Source: an uncultured Pseudobdellovibrionaceae bacterium
GTDB taxonomy: Bacteria; Bdellovibrionota; Bdellovibrionia; Bdellovibrionales; UBA1609
Direction: 5' to 3'
Assembly (NCBI GenBank): GCA_963803705.1
Contig: CAWDNU010000001.1
Coordinates: forward strand, 480,001 to 544,000
DNA length: 64,000 nt
Positions 50,953 through 59,740 of this stretch are shown in pieces; within the stretch, counting starts at the first letter, position 1, and each line of letters opens with the position of its first letter. A model generated the notes under the pieces. The model saw only the letters and a list, made by a program, of their open reading frames with translations. It ran no database searches and had not been told where the DNA came from. Position numbers and translations under genes: made by a program.

Positions 50953-52284
50953 ATGATGAATTTTTTAAAAGGGCTTGTTCTATATTTATTATTTACTACA
51001 AGTATAGTATTTGCTCAAAGCACTACTAGTACAGGTGGTTCCAAAAGATCAAAACTTAAATTTCAAGAACAGATGATTCTGCACAATTTAGAAGTGTTAC
51101 AGTCCGCTGATCAATTTAGCTCTGTAAGTCCGTCAGGTTTATTTGTAAAACGACCAGTAGCTGAGTATGAAAAAACTGGCTATTTAATGTTTTACGACTT
51201 AGGAAATTTTAACTCTTCAGATGTTAAAGCCAAGTTAGTTGAAAATTTACCTGCTGGTGTTACGGCCGTTATCTACACCGACCAGTCAGATGATACAGAA
51301 CTAGAAGGTTTGTATACTTACTATAGCCGTTTAGCGCCAGATCCTTCCCAAGTCACAATAATTACTATTCCTAATCCTTTGCAGATGGCAGTCTTCGAAA
51401 ATGAGTTTGGTTTGCCTTTTATTGAACCTATACTACCCAATGGTTTTTGGAGTCGTGACGCAATTCCAGTGCCTGTGTTGCAAATGACTAATCTTAGCCC
51501 GCTTCAAGCCTTATCTGACAAGTTCACGGTAGTCGACGCTAGATACTACCATTACTATGAACCTGACCAACTGATAGCAGACTATTATTCTTCAGCTTTA
51601 CTGTCTCACAATTACTATTTTGAGGGCGGTAATTTTATGGTTAGCGCAAAAGGTGATTGCTTAGTTATTAATACTGAAGAAGTTGATATTATTCCTAACT
51701 CTATTTTTAGAAAGAGCTATGGATGTAGTAATCTAATAAGGCTTCCTTATTTAAAAGGAATCGGTCACGCTGATGAAAGTGTTAAGTTTGTATCGGATAA
51801 TCATGTGCTGACTGATGATAATCGCTACAGAAAGATTTTGGAAAACAAAGGGTTCAAAGTCACCATGCTGCCAAGGCCTAAAAGAGATTTAGAGACTTAC
51901 GTAAACTCCCTGATCATCAATGGCACGGTTTGGGTGCCCGTTTACCAACAAGATAAATCAGATCAAGAAGCTATCGATGTTTATAAAAAACTAGGTTTTC
52001 AAGTTGTTCCAGTAGATAGCTCGCTGCTTTCAAATGTCGGTGCAGGGTCAGTTCATTGCATCACAATGACTTACCCAGATACAGTCACGTTCAATGATTT
52101 GATGGCGCATTTTGATAGTAGACGAATTGTGGATTCATCGTCATCATCACCTGGGGTTCAGACGAAAGTGAGAGCCCTTGAACTTGAAAGAAGCAGTAAT
52201 ATTGAGAATCTGAAAGATCCAGGATTAAATGATTTTTTAGATAGTCTTTATCAGGTTCCGGAATCGCGTAACTTTAATTTATAA
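50953..52284 (+). CDS. Secreted agmatine/peptidylarginine deiminase family protein
   Basis: Signal peptide ending VFA; AEYE, WSRD, EGGN, GHAD, YVNSL, GSVHCIT. Confidence 0.85.
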   Translation: MMNFLKGLVLYLLFTTSIVFAQSTTSTGGSKRSKLKFQEQMILHNLEVLQSADQFSSVSPSGLFVKRPVAEYEKTGYLMFYDLGNFNSSDVKAKLVENLPAGVTAVIYTDQSDDTELEGLYTYYSRLAPDPSQVTIITIPNPLQMAVFENEFGLPFIEPILPNGFWSRDAIPVPVLQMTNLSPLQALSDKFTVVDARYYHYYEPDQLIADYYSSALLSHNYYFEGGNFMVSAKGDCLVINTEEVDIIPNSIFRKSYGCSNLIRLPYLKGIGHADESVKFVSDNHVLTDDNRYRKILENKGFKVTMLPRPKRDLETYVNSLIINGTVWVPVYQQDKSDQEAIDVYKKLGFQVVPVDSSLLSNVGAGSVHCITMTYPDTVTFNDLMAHFDSRRIVDSSSSSPGVQTKVRALELERSSNIENLKDPGLNDFLDSLYQVPESRNFNL

Positions 52285-52290
52285 CCTAAG

Positions 52291-52415
52291 GGGCCTGTTG
52301 AGAAAGCATCATCCTCGTTGTTGCCTTCGCTTAAATCTCATTCGACGTAGATAAACTACGACTCATTCGATTTTAAGCTTGGACGCCTAGAATCTAATAC
52401 TTTTTCAACAGGCCC
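52291..52415. mobile_element. 125-bp palindromic MITE-like element, copy 1
   Basis: Terminal IR GGGCCTGTTG/CAACAGGCCC; 119/125 identical to 61985-62109. Confidence 0.88.
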
Positions 52416-52520
52416 CTTAGGTTTTGATATTTTTACCGTAAAAAATTTGAAATACGTTTTGCGTAATTGAGGTAAAGGCTAAGGTTGAGTTTACTGTGGA
52501 TTATGCTATCAATTTAGATA

Positions 52521-53819
52521 ATGGATCTGTTTGAACAGCAACACTCTGAAAGTCAAAATCAACCTATGCCTGAAAGACTCAGGCCCTCTGACTTTGATGA
52601 CTTTCAGATTCAGGGCAAATCTAGTCAGCGCTTTAAAAATATTATAGCTCAGTTGAAAAACGATATTATTTTTAATCTCATTTTATGGGGCCCACCTGGT
52701 AGCGGTAAAACCAGCTTTGCACATATTCTGAGAAAAAAAACTAAAGCTGAATTTATTCAGTCACATGCAGTGGATTTGTCTACAAAAATTATTAAAGAGT
52801 ATTGTGAAGCTTCAAAATCAAGACTTTTAATTCAAGATAAAAAAACTATTTTATTCATCGACGAAATACATAGATTAAATAAATCACAGCAAGACATTTT
52901 TCTACAGTTTATCGAAAAAGGTTTTATCTATCTTTTAGGTGCAACTACTGAAAACCCTAGCTACGAGCTAAACAAAGCTATAATGAGCAGGTGTAAGCTA
53001 TTATCCTTCGAGCCACACGATAAAAGCAGTTTAGAAGATTTATTTCGTAAGGCACTAAAGCTAGAAAATATTGAGTTTGAAGAGATTATAACCCAGGGCG
53101 CGTTTGAAGCTCTACTAAACTCATCTCAGGGCGATGCTAGATTGATTTTAAATAGAACTGAAGAGCTAATCCAGAGCTTAAAATTTAAAACTCTAAATTT
53201 TCCAGTCTCTTTAGATGATTTAAAAACCTATTTTTTTGAATCCAGCATAGTTTACGATAAGACCGGAGAAGAGCACTATAATCTAATTTCGGCATTTATA
53301 AAAAGTCTACGTGGTAGCGACCCTGATGCCAGTATTTACTACCTTGCTCGCATGCTTTACTCGGGTGAAGACCCAGTTTTTATAGCTCGACGTTTAATAA
53401 TCCTGGCATCGGAAGACATCGGTAATGCAGATCCAAATGCTTTAACCTTAGCTGTTTCAACTTTAAAAGCTGTCGAAGTGATTGGTATGCCAGAGGCCAG
53501 AATCAATTTGGCTCAATGTGTAAGTTATCTTGCATCAGCGCCAAAATCTAATGCTGCATACTTAGCCATTACTAAAGCGCTAAAGCTCGTGGAAGCGACC
53601 AAAAACTTAGAAGTGCCTTTAGCCTTAAGGTCAGCACAGACAAATTTAATGAAAGAAATGGGTTATGGTAAGGATTATAAATATTCTCATGACTTTCCAA
53701 AGCATTGGATTAAGCAAGATTTTTTACCTGAAGCTATTAAAGATGAAAAGTTTTATGAACCTACAGATATGGGTTTTGAGAAAAGAATCCGTGAGTATTT
53801 AAGTTGGCTAAAAAAATAG
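52521..53819 (+). CDS. rarA: Replication-associated recombination protein A (RarA/MgsA)
   Basis: WGPPGSGKT, DEIHR, GATTENP, SAFIKSLRGSDPD, ASEDIGNADP. Confidence 0.95.
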   Translation: MDLFEQQHSESQNQPMPERLRPSDFDDFQIQGKSSQRFKNIIAQLKNDIIFNLILWGPPGSGKTSFAHILRKKTKAEFIQSHAVDLSTKIIKEYCEASKSRLLIQDKKTILFIDEIHRLNKSQQDIFLQFIEKGFIYLLGATTENPSYELNKAIMSRCKLLSFEPHDKSSLEDLFRKALKLENIEFEEIITQGAFEALLNSSQGDARLILNRTEELIQSLKFKTLNFPVSLDDLKTYFFESSIVYDKTGEEHYNLISAFIKSLRGSDPDASIYYLARMLYSGEDPVFIARRLIILASEDIGNADPNALTLAVSTLKAVEVIGMPEARINLAQCVSYLASAPKSNAAYLAITKALKLVEATKNLEVPLALRSAQTNLMKEMGYGKDYKYSHDFPKHWIKQDFLPEAIKDEKFYEPTDMGFEKRIREYLSWLKK

Positions 53820-53839
53820 TTTCACCTACAAATTTTGCT

Positions 53840-54075
53840 GTAAGGTGACGCACCATTATCCTAACTGCCGTTTTTAAGTTCTTAAAGCAGGCGGGCACAG
53901 CCGCAGATTCGCGCAGATCTCTGTCTCTAACACGAATGCATCCGTGGGAAACATAGCCCTTAGTATTGTGTGAGTAGGTAGATCATCGTAGCTACCGAAC
54001 TTCAAATGATCTCTTATCAATTGAATGGTGCTGATCTGTAAATTGCTCCTGGGCAAGTGGAAGGTGTATTACGAT
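53840..54075 (-). pseudogene. Relic of an L,D-transpeptidase catalytic region
   Basis: Minus strand from 53958 reads GYVSHGCIRVRDRDL, matching GFVTHGCIRVRDKDL in the 57369 gene; frameshift just upstream. Limits approximate. Confidence 0.75.
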
Positions 54076-54200
54076 AGTTAACAGAAGTATCAATTTTAAA
54101 CAAATTTGACGCATCACCAAGCCCCTAGGTATAATTGCAAGTATATTCTAGGTTTAATATCACTTTTCATGCCAAGTGCTTGAATTAAAAAAGGCCAATT

Positions 54201-54980
54201 TTGAAATTACTTGAGTTCTATAAATTCTATGTATTCATCGGTGCTTTTTTGGTATTTGTCTGTGCTGGATATTTGTACTCTTTCCGTGAAAATAAAGTTT
54301 TTGAAAAAAGATTTATTTTAAACATTGGTTTCAGCGTTTTAAATTCTATTATTATCTTAGCGATTATGTCTAAAGTTCTATTCTTAAATACCTTTAATTT
54401 TTTTGAAGTCGACTATGGAATACTTTTCAGATTGCATTGGCATTGGACTTTTGAGTACGCGCTGGGACTAATCCTATTAGATTTAATGATTTATTGGCAG
54501 CACAGATTATTTCATGTGATTCCGCTTTTGTGGCGGTTTCACAGACTTCATCATTCCGACAATGATTTTGACAGTTCTACAGCTCTTAGATTTCATCCGT
54601 TTGAAGCAGTGGTTTCCTTGATGCACCGATTGTTATTGGTTTATATATTTGGAATTTCTTTCTTTACTCTTGTTATCTTCGAGATTGTTTTAAACTTTGC
54701 AGCAATGTTTAACCATTCGAACTTTGCCTTGCCCAAGGATGTCGAAAATAAGGTAGGTGCTTATATAATTACTCCTGATCTGCACCGGATTCATCATTCT
54801 TTGGATCTGAAAGACTCGAATAAAAATTTTGGTTTTTCAGTTACTTTTTGGGACCTGATTTTTAAATCTTACAAAAAAGACAGCCTGCTTGATTTAAAAT
54901 CAGAAAATCTTGGCGTTTTAGGTTTTCAATCTAGAAAGAAGCAAAGTTTATGGGGCTTATTATCACAGCCTTTCGTTTAA
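54201..54980 (+). CDS. Sterol desaturase / fatty acid hydroxylase family protein
   Basis: YWQHRLFH, HRLHHS, FNHSN, HRIHHS. Confidence 0.9.
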   Translation: MKLLEFYKFYVFIGAFLVFVCAGYLYSFRENKVFEKRFILNIGFSVLNSIIILAIMSKVLFLNTFNFFEVDYGILFRLHWHWTFEYALGLILLDLMIYWQHRLFHVIPLLWRFHRLHHSDNDFDSSTALRFHPFEAVVSLMHRLLLVYIFGISFFTLVIFEIVLNFAAMFNHSNFALPKDVENKVGAYIITPDLHRIHHSLDLKDSNKNFGFSVTFWDLIFKSYKKDSLLDLKSENLGVLGFQSRKKQSLWGLLSQPFV

Positions 54981-55084
54981 TTGCTTTATGATTATATACA
55001 TAGCGACTATCAATTTTGATAAATCTAAACGTAGATATATCTAAGAAAATTGATTTATATTTTGAAATTCCAACCAGGGCAAAG

Positions 55085-56446
55085 ATGTTTTTTGATCGAA
55101 AAAAAACTACCGAACTGTTAAAATTAGCTTGGCCACTAATTATTGCCAACGGATTTTGGAACCTACAACTTACTATCGACCGAGTTTTCTTAGGCTCATT
55201 TTCAACCGAAGCTTTAGGAGCTTCAATGGCAGTCATGAGTGTGTTCTGGACGCCAATGGCACTGCTGCAGCAAACCGGAAGTTATGCGACCACATTTGTT
55301 TCTCAGTTTTTAGGCTCAAAAAACGAGTCAATGATCGGACCTTCATTGTGGCAATCTATCTATTTAAGCCTGTTAGGTGGCGCTTTGTTTTTAACTTTAA
55401 TTTTCTTTTCAAATTCGTTTTTTAAATTTGTTGGCCACTCTATGGCCGTCCAAAGATTAGAGGTAGAATATTTTAATATTATTTGCTTTGCAGCCTTGCC
55501 TATGGCTTTAGTAGCCAGCTTTAGCGGCTATTTCGCGGGTATAGCAAAAACTAAGCTGGTCATGTGGGTGAACGGAGCTGGGCTCGTCGTAAACGTGATC
55601 TTGGACTACGCTTTTATTTTTGGAAAGTTAGGTTTTAAAGCTTATGGTATTGCAGGAGCTGGGTACGCCACTGTGGTTGCAAGTTTTTGTTCCGCTATTT
55701 TTGCTTTTGGTCTAATTATTTTTTCTAAAGATAGCTTAAGATTCCGATTACTAAAATCTTACAGATTAAACAGAAATCTAATGAGCAAATATCTAAAGTA
55801 CGCACTGCCTAGCGGTTTGCAATGGTCCTTAGAAGGCTTGGCATTTTCAGTGTTTCTAATATTAATCGGGCGTTTTACAAACGGCGAAGCCGCTTTAGCA
55901 AGTAGCAGTATAGCAGTGACAGTAATGATGCTATCTGTAATGCCGGCAATAGGTGTGGCCCAATCAGTTATGGTTAAGGTGGGTTATCACCTGGGGAAAG
56001 GTGAACCCCAAGCAGCAAGATCTTACACTTGGGCTGGAGTACAAATTTCAGCTCTTTACATGTGTTTCGCAGGATTAAGTTTTTTAATTTTTCCAGACAT
56101 TTATACTGGTTGGTTCAAGAGCGCAGGTAATCCTGTATTGTGGGGTCAAGTTGCTACAATTGCTCCAAACTTGTTAATGCTGGTCGGTGTATTTACGGCT
56201 TTCGACAGTATCTATTTGAACTTATCGTTTGCCTTAAAAGGTGCAGGTGATACTAAATTTGTATCTTTAGTAGCATTATTTGCACCCTGGCCATTGATGG
56301 TAATACCGACCTACCTGGTGGAATCCCAAGCCAATGCTATTTACCTTGCTTGGGCTTTTGCGACTGCTTATATCATTATAACTACTTTGATTATATACGC
56401 CCGATTTCAAGGCGGAAAATGGATGAAAATGAGTGTAATCAATTAG
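55085..56446 (+). CDS. MATE family efflux transporter
   Basis: LLKLAWP, IDRVFLG, GIAGAGYAT, ALKGAGDT; start moved to 55085. Confidence 0.92.
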   Translation: MFFDRKKTTELLKLAWPLIIANGFWNLQLTIDRVFLGSFSTEALGASMAVMSVFWTPMALLQQTGSYATTFVSQFLGSKNESMIGPSLWQSIYLSLLGGALFLTLIFFSNSFFKFVGHSMAVQRLEVEYFNIICFAALPMALVASFSGYFAGIAKTKLVMWVNGAGLVVNVILDYAFIFGKLGFKAYGIAGAGYATVVASFCSAIFAFGLIIFSKDSLRFRLLKSYRLNRNLMSKYLKYALPSGLQWSLEGLAFSVFLILIGRFTNGEAALASSSIAVTVMMLSVMPAIGVAQSVMVKVGYHLGKGEPQAARSYTWAGVQISALYMCFAGLSFLIFPDIYTGWFKSAGNPVLWGQVATIAPNLLMLVGVFTAFDSIYLNLSFALKGAGDTKFVSLVALFAPWPLMVIPTYLVESQANAIYLAWAFATAYIIITTLIIYARFQGGKWMKMSVIN

Positions 56447-56458
56447 TGTTTACTAAAA

Positions 56459-57205
56459 TCAGAACCAATTCCAAGGATATAGAAAACCAAAAAGACCTAA
56501 TTCGCCACCTATAGGTACGGGAGATGGCTCGACTACAGGGGGCTCGTAGGTGGGTGGTACCACGTGAGGCGGTTCAAAAGGGTTTCTTCTAGGAGGGTTG
56601 AAAATTAAAATAGGTGTGTAGCCGCAGTTGCGAATACAACTAGCATTGTTATTAGGGGTTAGTGTCGAAGTAAAAGTTGTGTTCTTTCCAGGAGGACCTA
56701 AGATTTCTGTGGTTGTTTCAGCATAGTCTAAAGGTGCTGCGGGTTTCAAATCTCTTAAGACTTGCTTAGGAGCCCACAGGGTAGCACATGGCTCTTTAAA
56801 AGATGACAATATATAATCCCATACATCTTTATCACCTGTAGCTTTTATCTCAGTCATGTTCGTACCCTCAAAAACAATTTCTGTAGAGTTGTCGCAAGAA
56901 TAAAAATTGCCATCCGGGGAAGTACGCGTTTTCTTTAAGGCAACGAACCTATCAACAACTAAAAAGCCTTCCTCAATAACATCAACCTCTTCATTTTCTT
57001 TATTCAAATAAATGTCGCCTTCCTCTAAAAACACAATCTCTTCTTCTAACTTTGGGGTGCATTCTTCTGCTTCGGCACACCTGTAAGCTAGCTCTTGAAT
57101 GGGTTCGTCCACGACAGGATGATAAGTTTTAGATTGAGCACTAAGCGCAAACAAAAAGTTTAAAGCTAATAGTAGAATAATTTGTATGGATAGACTGATC
57201 TTCAT
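56459..57205 (-). CDS. Secreted hypothetical protein with Pro-rich linker and hydrophobic tail
   Basis: Signal peptide ending AQS; tail PSPVPIGGELGLFGFL. Confidence 0.7.
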   Translation of the reverse strand: MKISLSIQIILLLALNFLFALSAQSKTYHPVVDEPIQELAYRCAEAEECTPKLEEEIVFLEEGDIYLNKENEEVDVIEEGFLVVDRFVALKKTRTSPDGNFYSCDNSTEIVFEGTNMTEIKATGDKDVWDYILSSFKEPCATLWAPKQVLRDLKPAAPLDYAETTTEILGPPGKNTTFTSTLTPNNNASCIRNCGYTPILIFNPPRRNPFEPPHVVPPTYEPPVVEPSPVPIGGELGLFGFLYPWNWF

Positions 57206-57368
57206 TTATAGAGCTCCGTTTTGTGATAGCCAGATTGTACAAAAAGTTAAAACTTGGCAGGAATAATTGATTAAAATAATTCGATTCGGGAAACATATAT
57301 ATCTCTCTGAAAATAATCAACGGTTTTGTTTGCTTTTTAAGCAAAAACAAATAAAAGTGCCTTTAATT

Positions 57369-58952
57369 ATGAAAATCTTGATCACAATTAAAAAAATTAC
57401 CATACTTATCTTCGTAAATGCTCTATTTGCTACATGGGTCAGCGCCGCTGAACTGATCCCGGCTGTGGATCTTCGGGATCTGGTTGAATTTAGCGATCCT
57501 AATACTTATGTAATCCAGTCACTTATCACTGAAATAACGAACAATCCCTGCAAATTTGTAGCGCCACTAAAAGATGGCCGTGCTGATTTAGAAAGCTGTA
57601 ACCATAGAATTAAGTATTTACCAGATGGTGCGTTAGGCCCCAACGGCAAAACCTTAGACAAAAGCTTTAAAATCGATAGGGATAATGAAAACGTTGAGAC
57701 ACGCACAAACACGGTCCTAAGCGCAGAATTTTCCACCAAATACAAGATTAATCCCTTAAGTGATGACCTGTTAGAAGTGGAGTTAGTTCTATTTATTCAC
57801 GACGAGTTGCAATACGCTAAGTCAGACCATTATTTTTTTAGAAAGGTGAAACTGAATTATAATAGTAAACTTAATAAATTTGAATTAAACGCTCATGGTT
57901 TGACTGAAGACATTCCTATTGCAGAAACTAACTTTTCTTTTTACACAGATATTGTTGAAAGAAAAACGATTGCATTTGATATTAAATCCGAAATAACTAA
58001 GGTATTCCCTGTGGCTGTTGGCGCTCTTGATGTTAGAACATTCTATGGAATGGACGACTTTGTGGGTTCCATGACCGTAGAGATGACAGATAATGCAAAG
58101 ATCTTTTTAGGACAAGGCTTAGGCTTATATGAAAGTAGGATTCGTCCCTGGTATTATAAAGGACGCCCATTTCTAGGAATTTTGGATAACAATGGATCCA
58201 CCTACAAAGAGATCGGATACCACTACAAGATTGATGAAGGTCCTTTGGTCAGAGGGTTTGTGACCCACGGCTGTATACGTGTTCGAGATAAAGACCTATA
58301 TCAAATGTCAGCCATGGTATTTTCAAGTCAAGGTGATGTATCAGTTAAAGTGGTAAATTCTTTTTCAAAAGATAGCGAGTTAAAGCCATTTGCATCTATT
58401 GAGCATCCTTACCCTAAAACTGATGTTGGCTTTATGTTTCTAAATTATGCTAAAAAAAATTACCTTGATAAAAGCAAATTAGAACAGGTGAACCCAAATA
58501 TTGGTGGGCTACAAAATAGCCAAAGATTTTCCGAAGTTGAACAGTATCTTTGGTGTCATCAAAACGGTTTAGCTCAACCCATAAGATACTTTGGTGAATG
58601 GGCTTCTGCATTAGATAATTTCTGTTTAACAAAAGTGGCAAGCTCCAATCAAAGCGTGATACCTTTTATAAAGTTTATCTTAGGTGACCCGGATGCTGAT
58701 GCATTTATTGAGCCCTTAGAGCCTGCTGAACCCATATTGATAAAAGGGTTGTGCAATAAAGACTTATCCATGTCTGATGCAGTAAGCGTTTATTTTGAGA
58801 CCAAAGGTAAAGAGTTAACATTTGGAATCTATGTGGATCACTGTGGATGTAAGCGCTTTAAAAATGAGCTTGGTTTTAAGATTTTTAAGTCTTCAGATGG
58901 CAAAATAACAACGTCCAAGCAAGTTTTTGAAAAATATTGCCTTGCAAATTAG
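57369..58952 (+). CDS. Secreted L,D-transpeptidase (YkuD) family protein
   Basis: Signal peptide, FPVAVG, IGYH...THGCIR; start moved to 57369. Confidence 0.82.
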   Translation: MKILITIKKITILIFVNALFATWVSAAELIPAVDLRDLVEFSDPNTYVIQSLITEITNNPCKFVAPLKDGRADLESCNHRIKYLPDGALGPNGKTLDKSFKIDRDNENVETRTNTVLSAEFSTKYKINPLSDDLLEVELVLFIHDELQYAKSDHYFFRKVKLNYNSKLNKFELNAHGLTEDIPIAETNFSFYTDIVERKTIAFDIKSEITKVFPVAVGALDVRTFYGMDDFVGSMTVEMTDNAKIFLGQGLGLYESRIRPWYYKGRPFLGILDNNGSTYKEIGYHYKIDEGPLVRGFVTHGCIRVRDKDLYQMSAMVFSSQGDVSVKVVNSFSKDSELKPFASIEHPYPKTDVGFMFLNYAKKNYLDKSKLEQVNPNIGGLQNSQRFSEVEQYLWCHQNGLAQPIRYFGEWASALDNFCLTKVASSNQSVIPFIKFILGDPDADAFIEPLEPAEPILIKGLCNKDLSMSDAVSVYFETKGKELTFGIYVDHCGCKRFKNELGFKIFKSSDGKITTSKQVFEKYCLAN

Positions 58953-58981
58953 GGCCTGTGGAAGATTCATCTAGGTTTTAA
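58950..58981 (+). repeat. Dispersed repeat, solo MITE-like end overlapping the LDT stop codon
   Basis: TAGGGCCTGTGGAAGATTCATCTAGGTTTTAA, identical to the reverse complement of 20932-20963. Confidence 0.85.
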
Positions 58982-59031
58982 ATGCTTTAGATTTAATTGA
59001 AGTTGTTTTAAGCGCAGACTGACACTTATAC

Positions 59032-59709
59032 CTAGGACAGCTCTAATTTTTTTCGCATCAATATCTTTAAATATTGATCACTACTTAACTCTGTTCCAGT
59101 AATTTCGAATCCGTTTCCTAAATTTAGCAGAAGCGTGTCTTTCCAATTATTCTGTGTTTTTGTTTCGATAAACTGATAGCCCATAGTTTCACACCACTGA
59201 TGTTGCTGCCTCATAAGTTCATAAGCTAAACCTAGTTTTCGATATTCGGGTCTAACACCGCCAAGCCAGCTGTAAAAAATCTGGTGATTAGTTTCGTAAC
59301 CAATCATAAATCCTACGAATTTAGTTTTTGCTAACGAAGATTCGTCTATAGCAACTAGAACAAGAATATTTTGTTTACCACTTAATCGAGTATCTAGTTT
59401 CATCGAGTCGAAGTCAGGAAATATCGACTGAGATAATAAAATTAAGTCCTGCTTGGTTTTTAGATCAGGGTCTTGAAACGATAAATATTTGAAAGTTACA
59501 GGTTCGAATCTTAATTGCTCTTTTCCCCCGACGTTTACCTTCCCAAAAAACATATCTTTTGGGCGAACCCACATCTGATCATTTGGGTTTTCAGTTAGGG
59601 GCTTATATAAAACTAAGTCCTCCATAGATTCGCTGTGCTTTACGATATCATAGTAAGAATAAAATTTATTTTTGTAGTGTTTGTAAAGCTGTTGCTTGTT
59701 TTTTTTCAT
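59032..59709 (-). CDS. DUF1653 - GNAT fusion protein
   Basis: YKHYK...HSE..E.LVLY...WVRP..MF...RF, then YSWLGGVRPEYRKLGLA and LNLGNGF. Confidence 0.82.
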   Translation of the reverse strand: MKKNKQQLYKHYKNKFYSYYDIVKHSESMEDLVLYKPLTENPNDQMWVRPKDMFFGKVNVGGKEQLRFEPVTFKYLSFQDPDLKTKQDLILLSQSIFPDFDSMKLDTRLSGKQNILVLVAIDESSLAKTKFVGFMIGYETNHQIFYSWLGGVRPEYRKLGLAYELMRQQHQWCETMGYQFIETKTQNNWKDTLLLNLGNGFEITGTELSSDQYLKILMRKKLELS

Positions 59710-59740
59710 AAAGTCAGTAACCAGCTTACCTTAATTTTTT

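Noticed and set aside
53840..54120. 6S RNA or another ncRNA after rarA; also ORF 53874..54056
   Set aside because: Better explained as a frameshifted L,D-transpeptidase relic; no 6S-like long hairpin seen.
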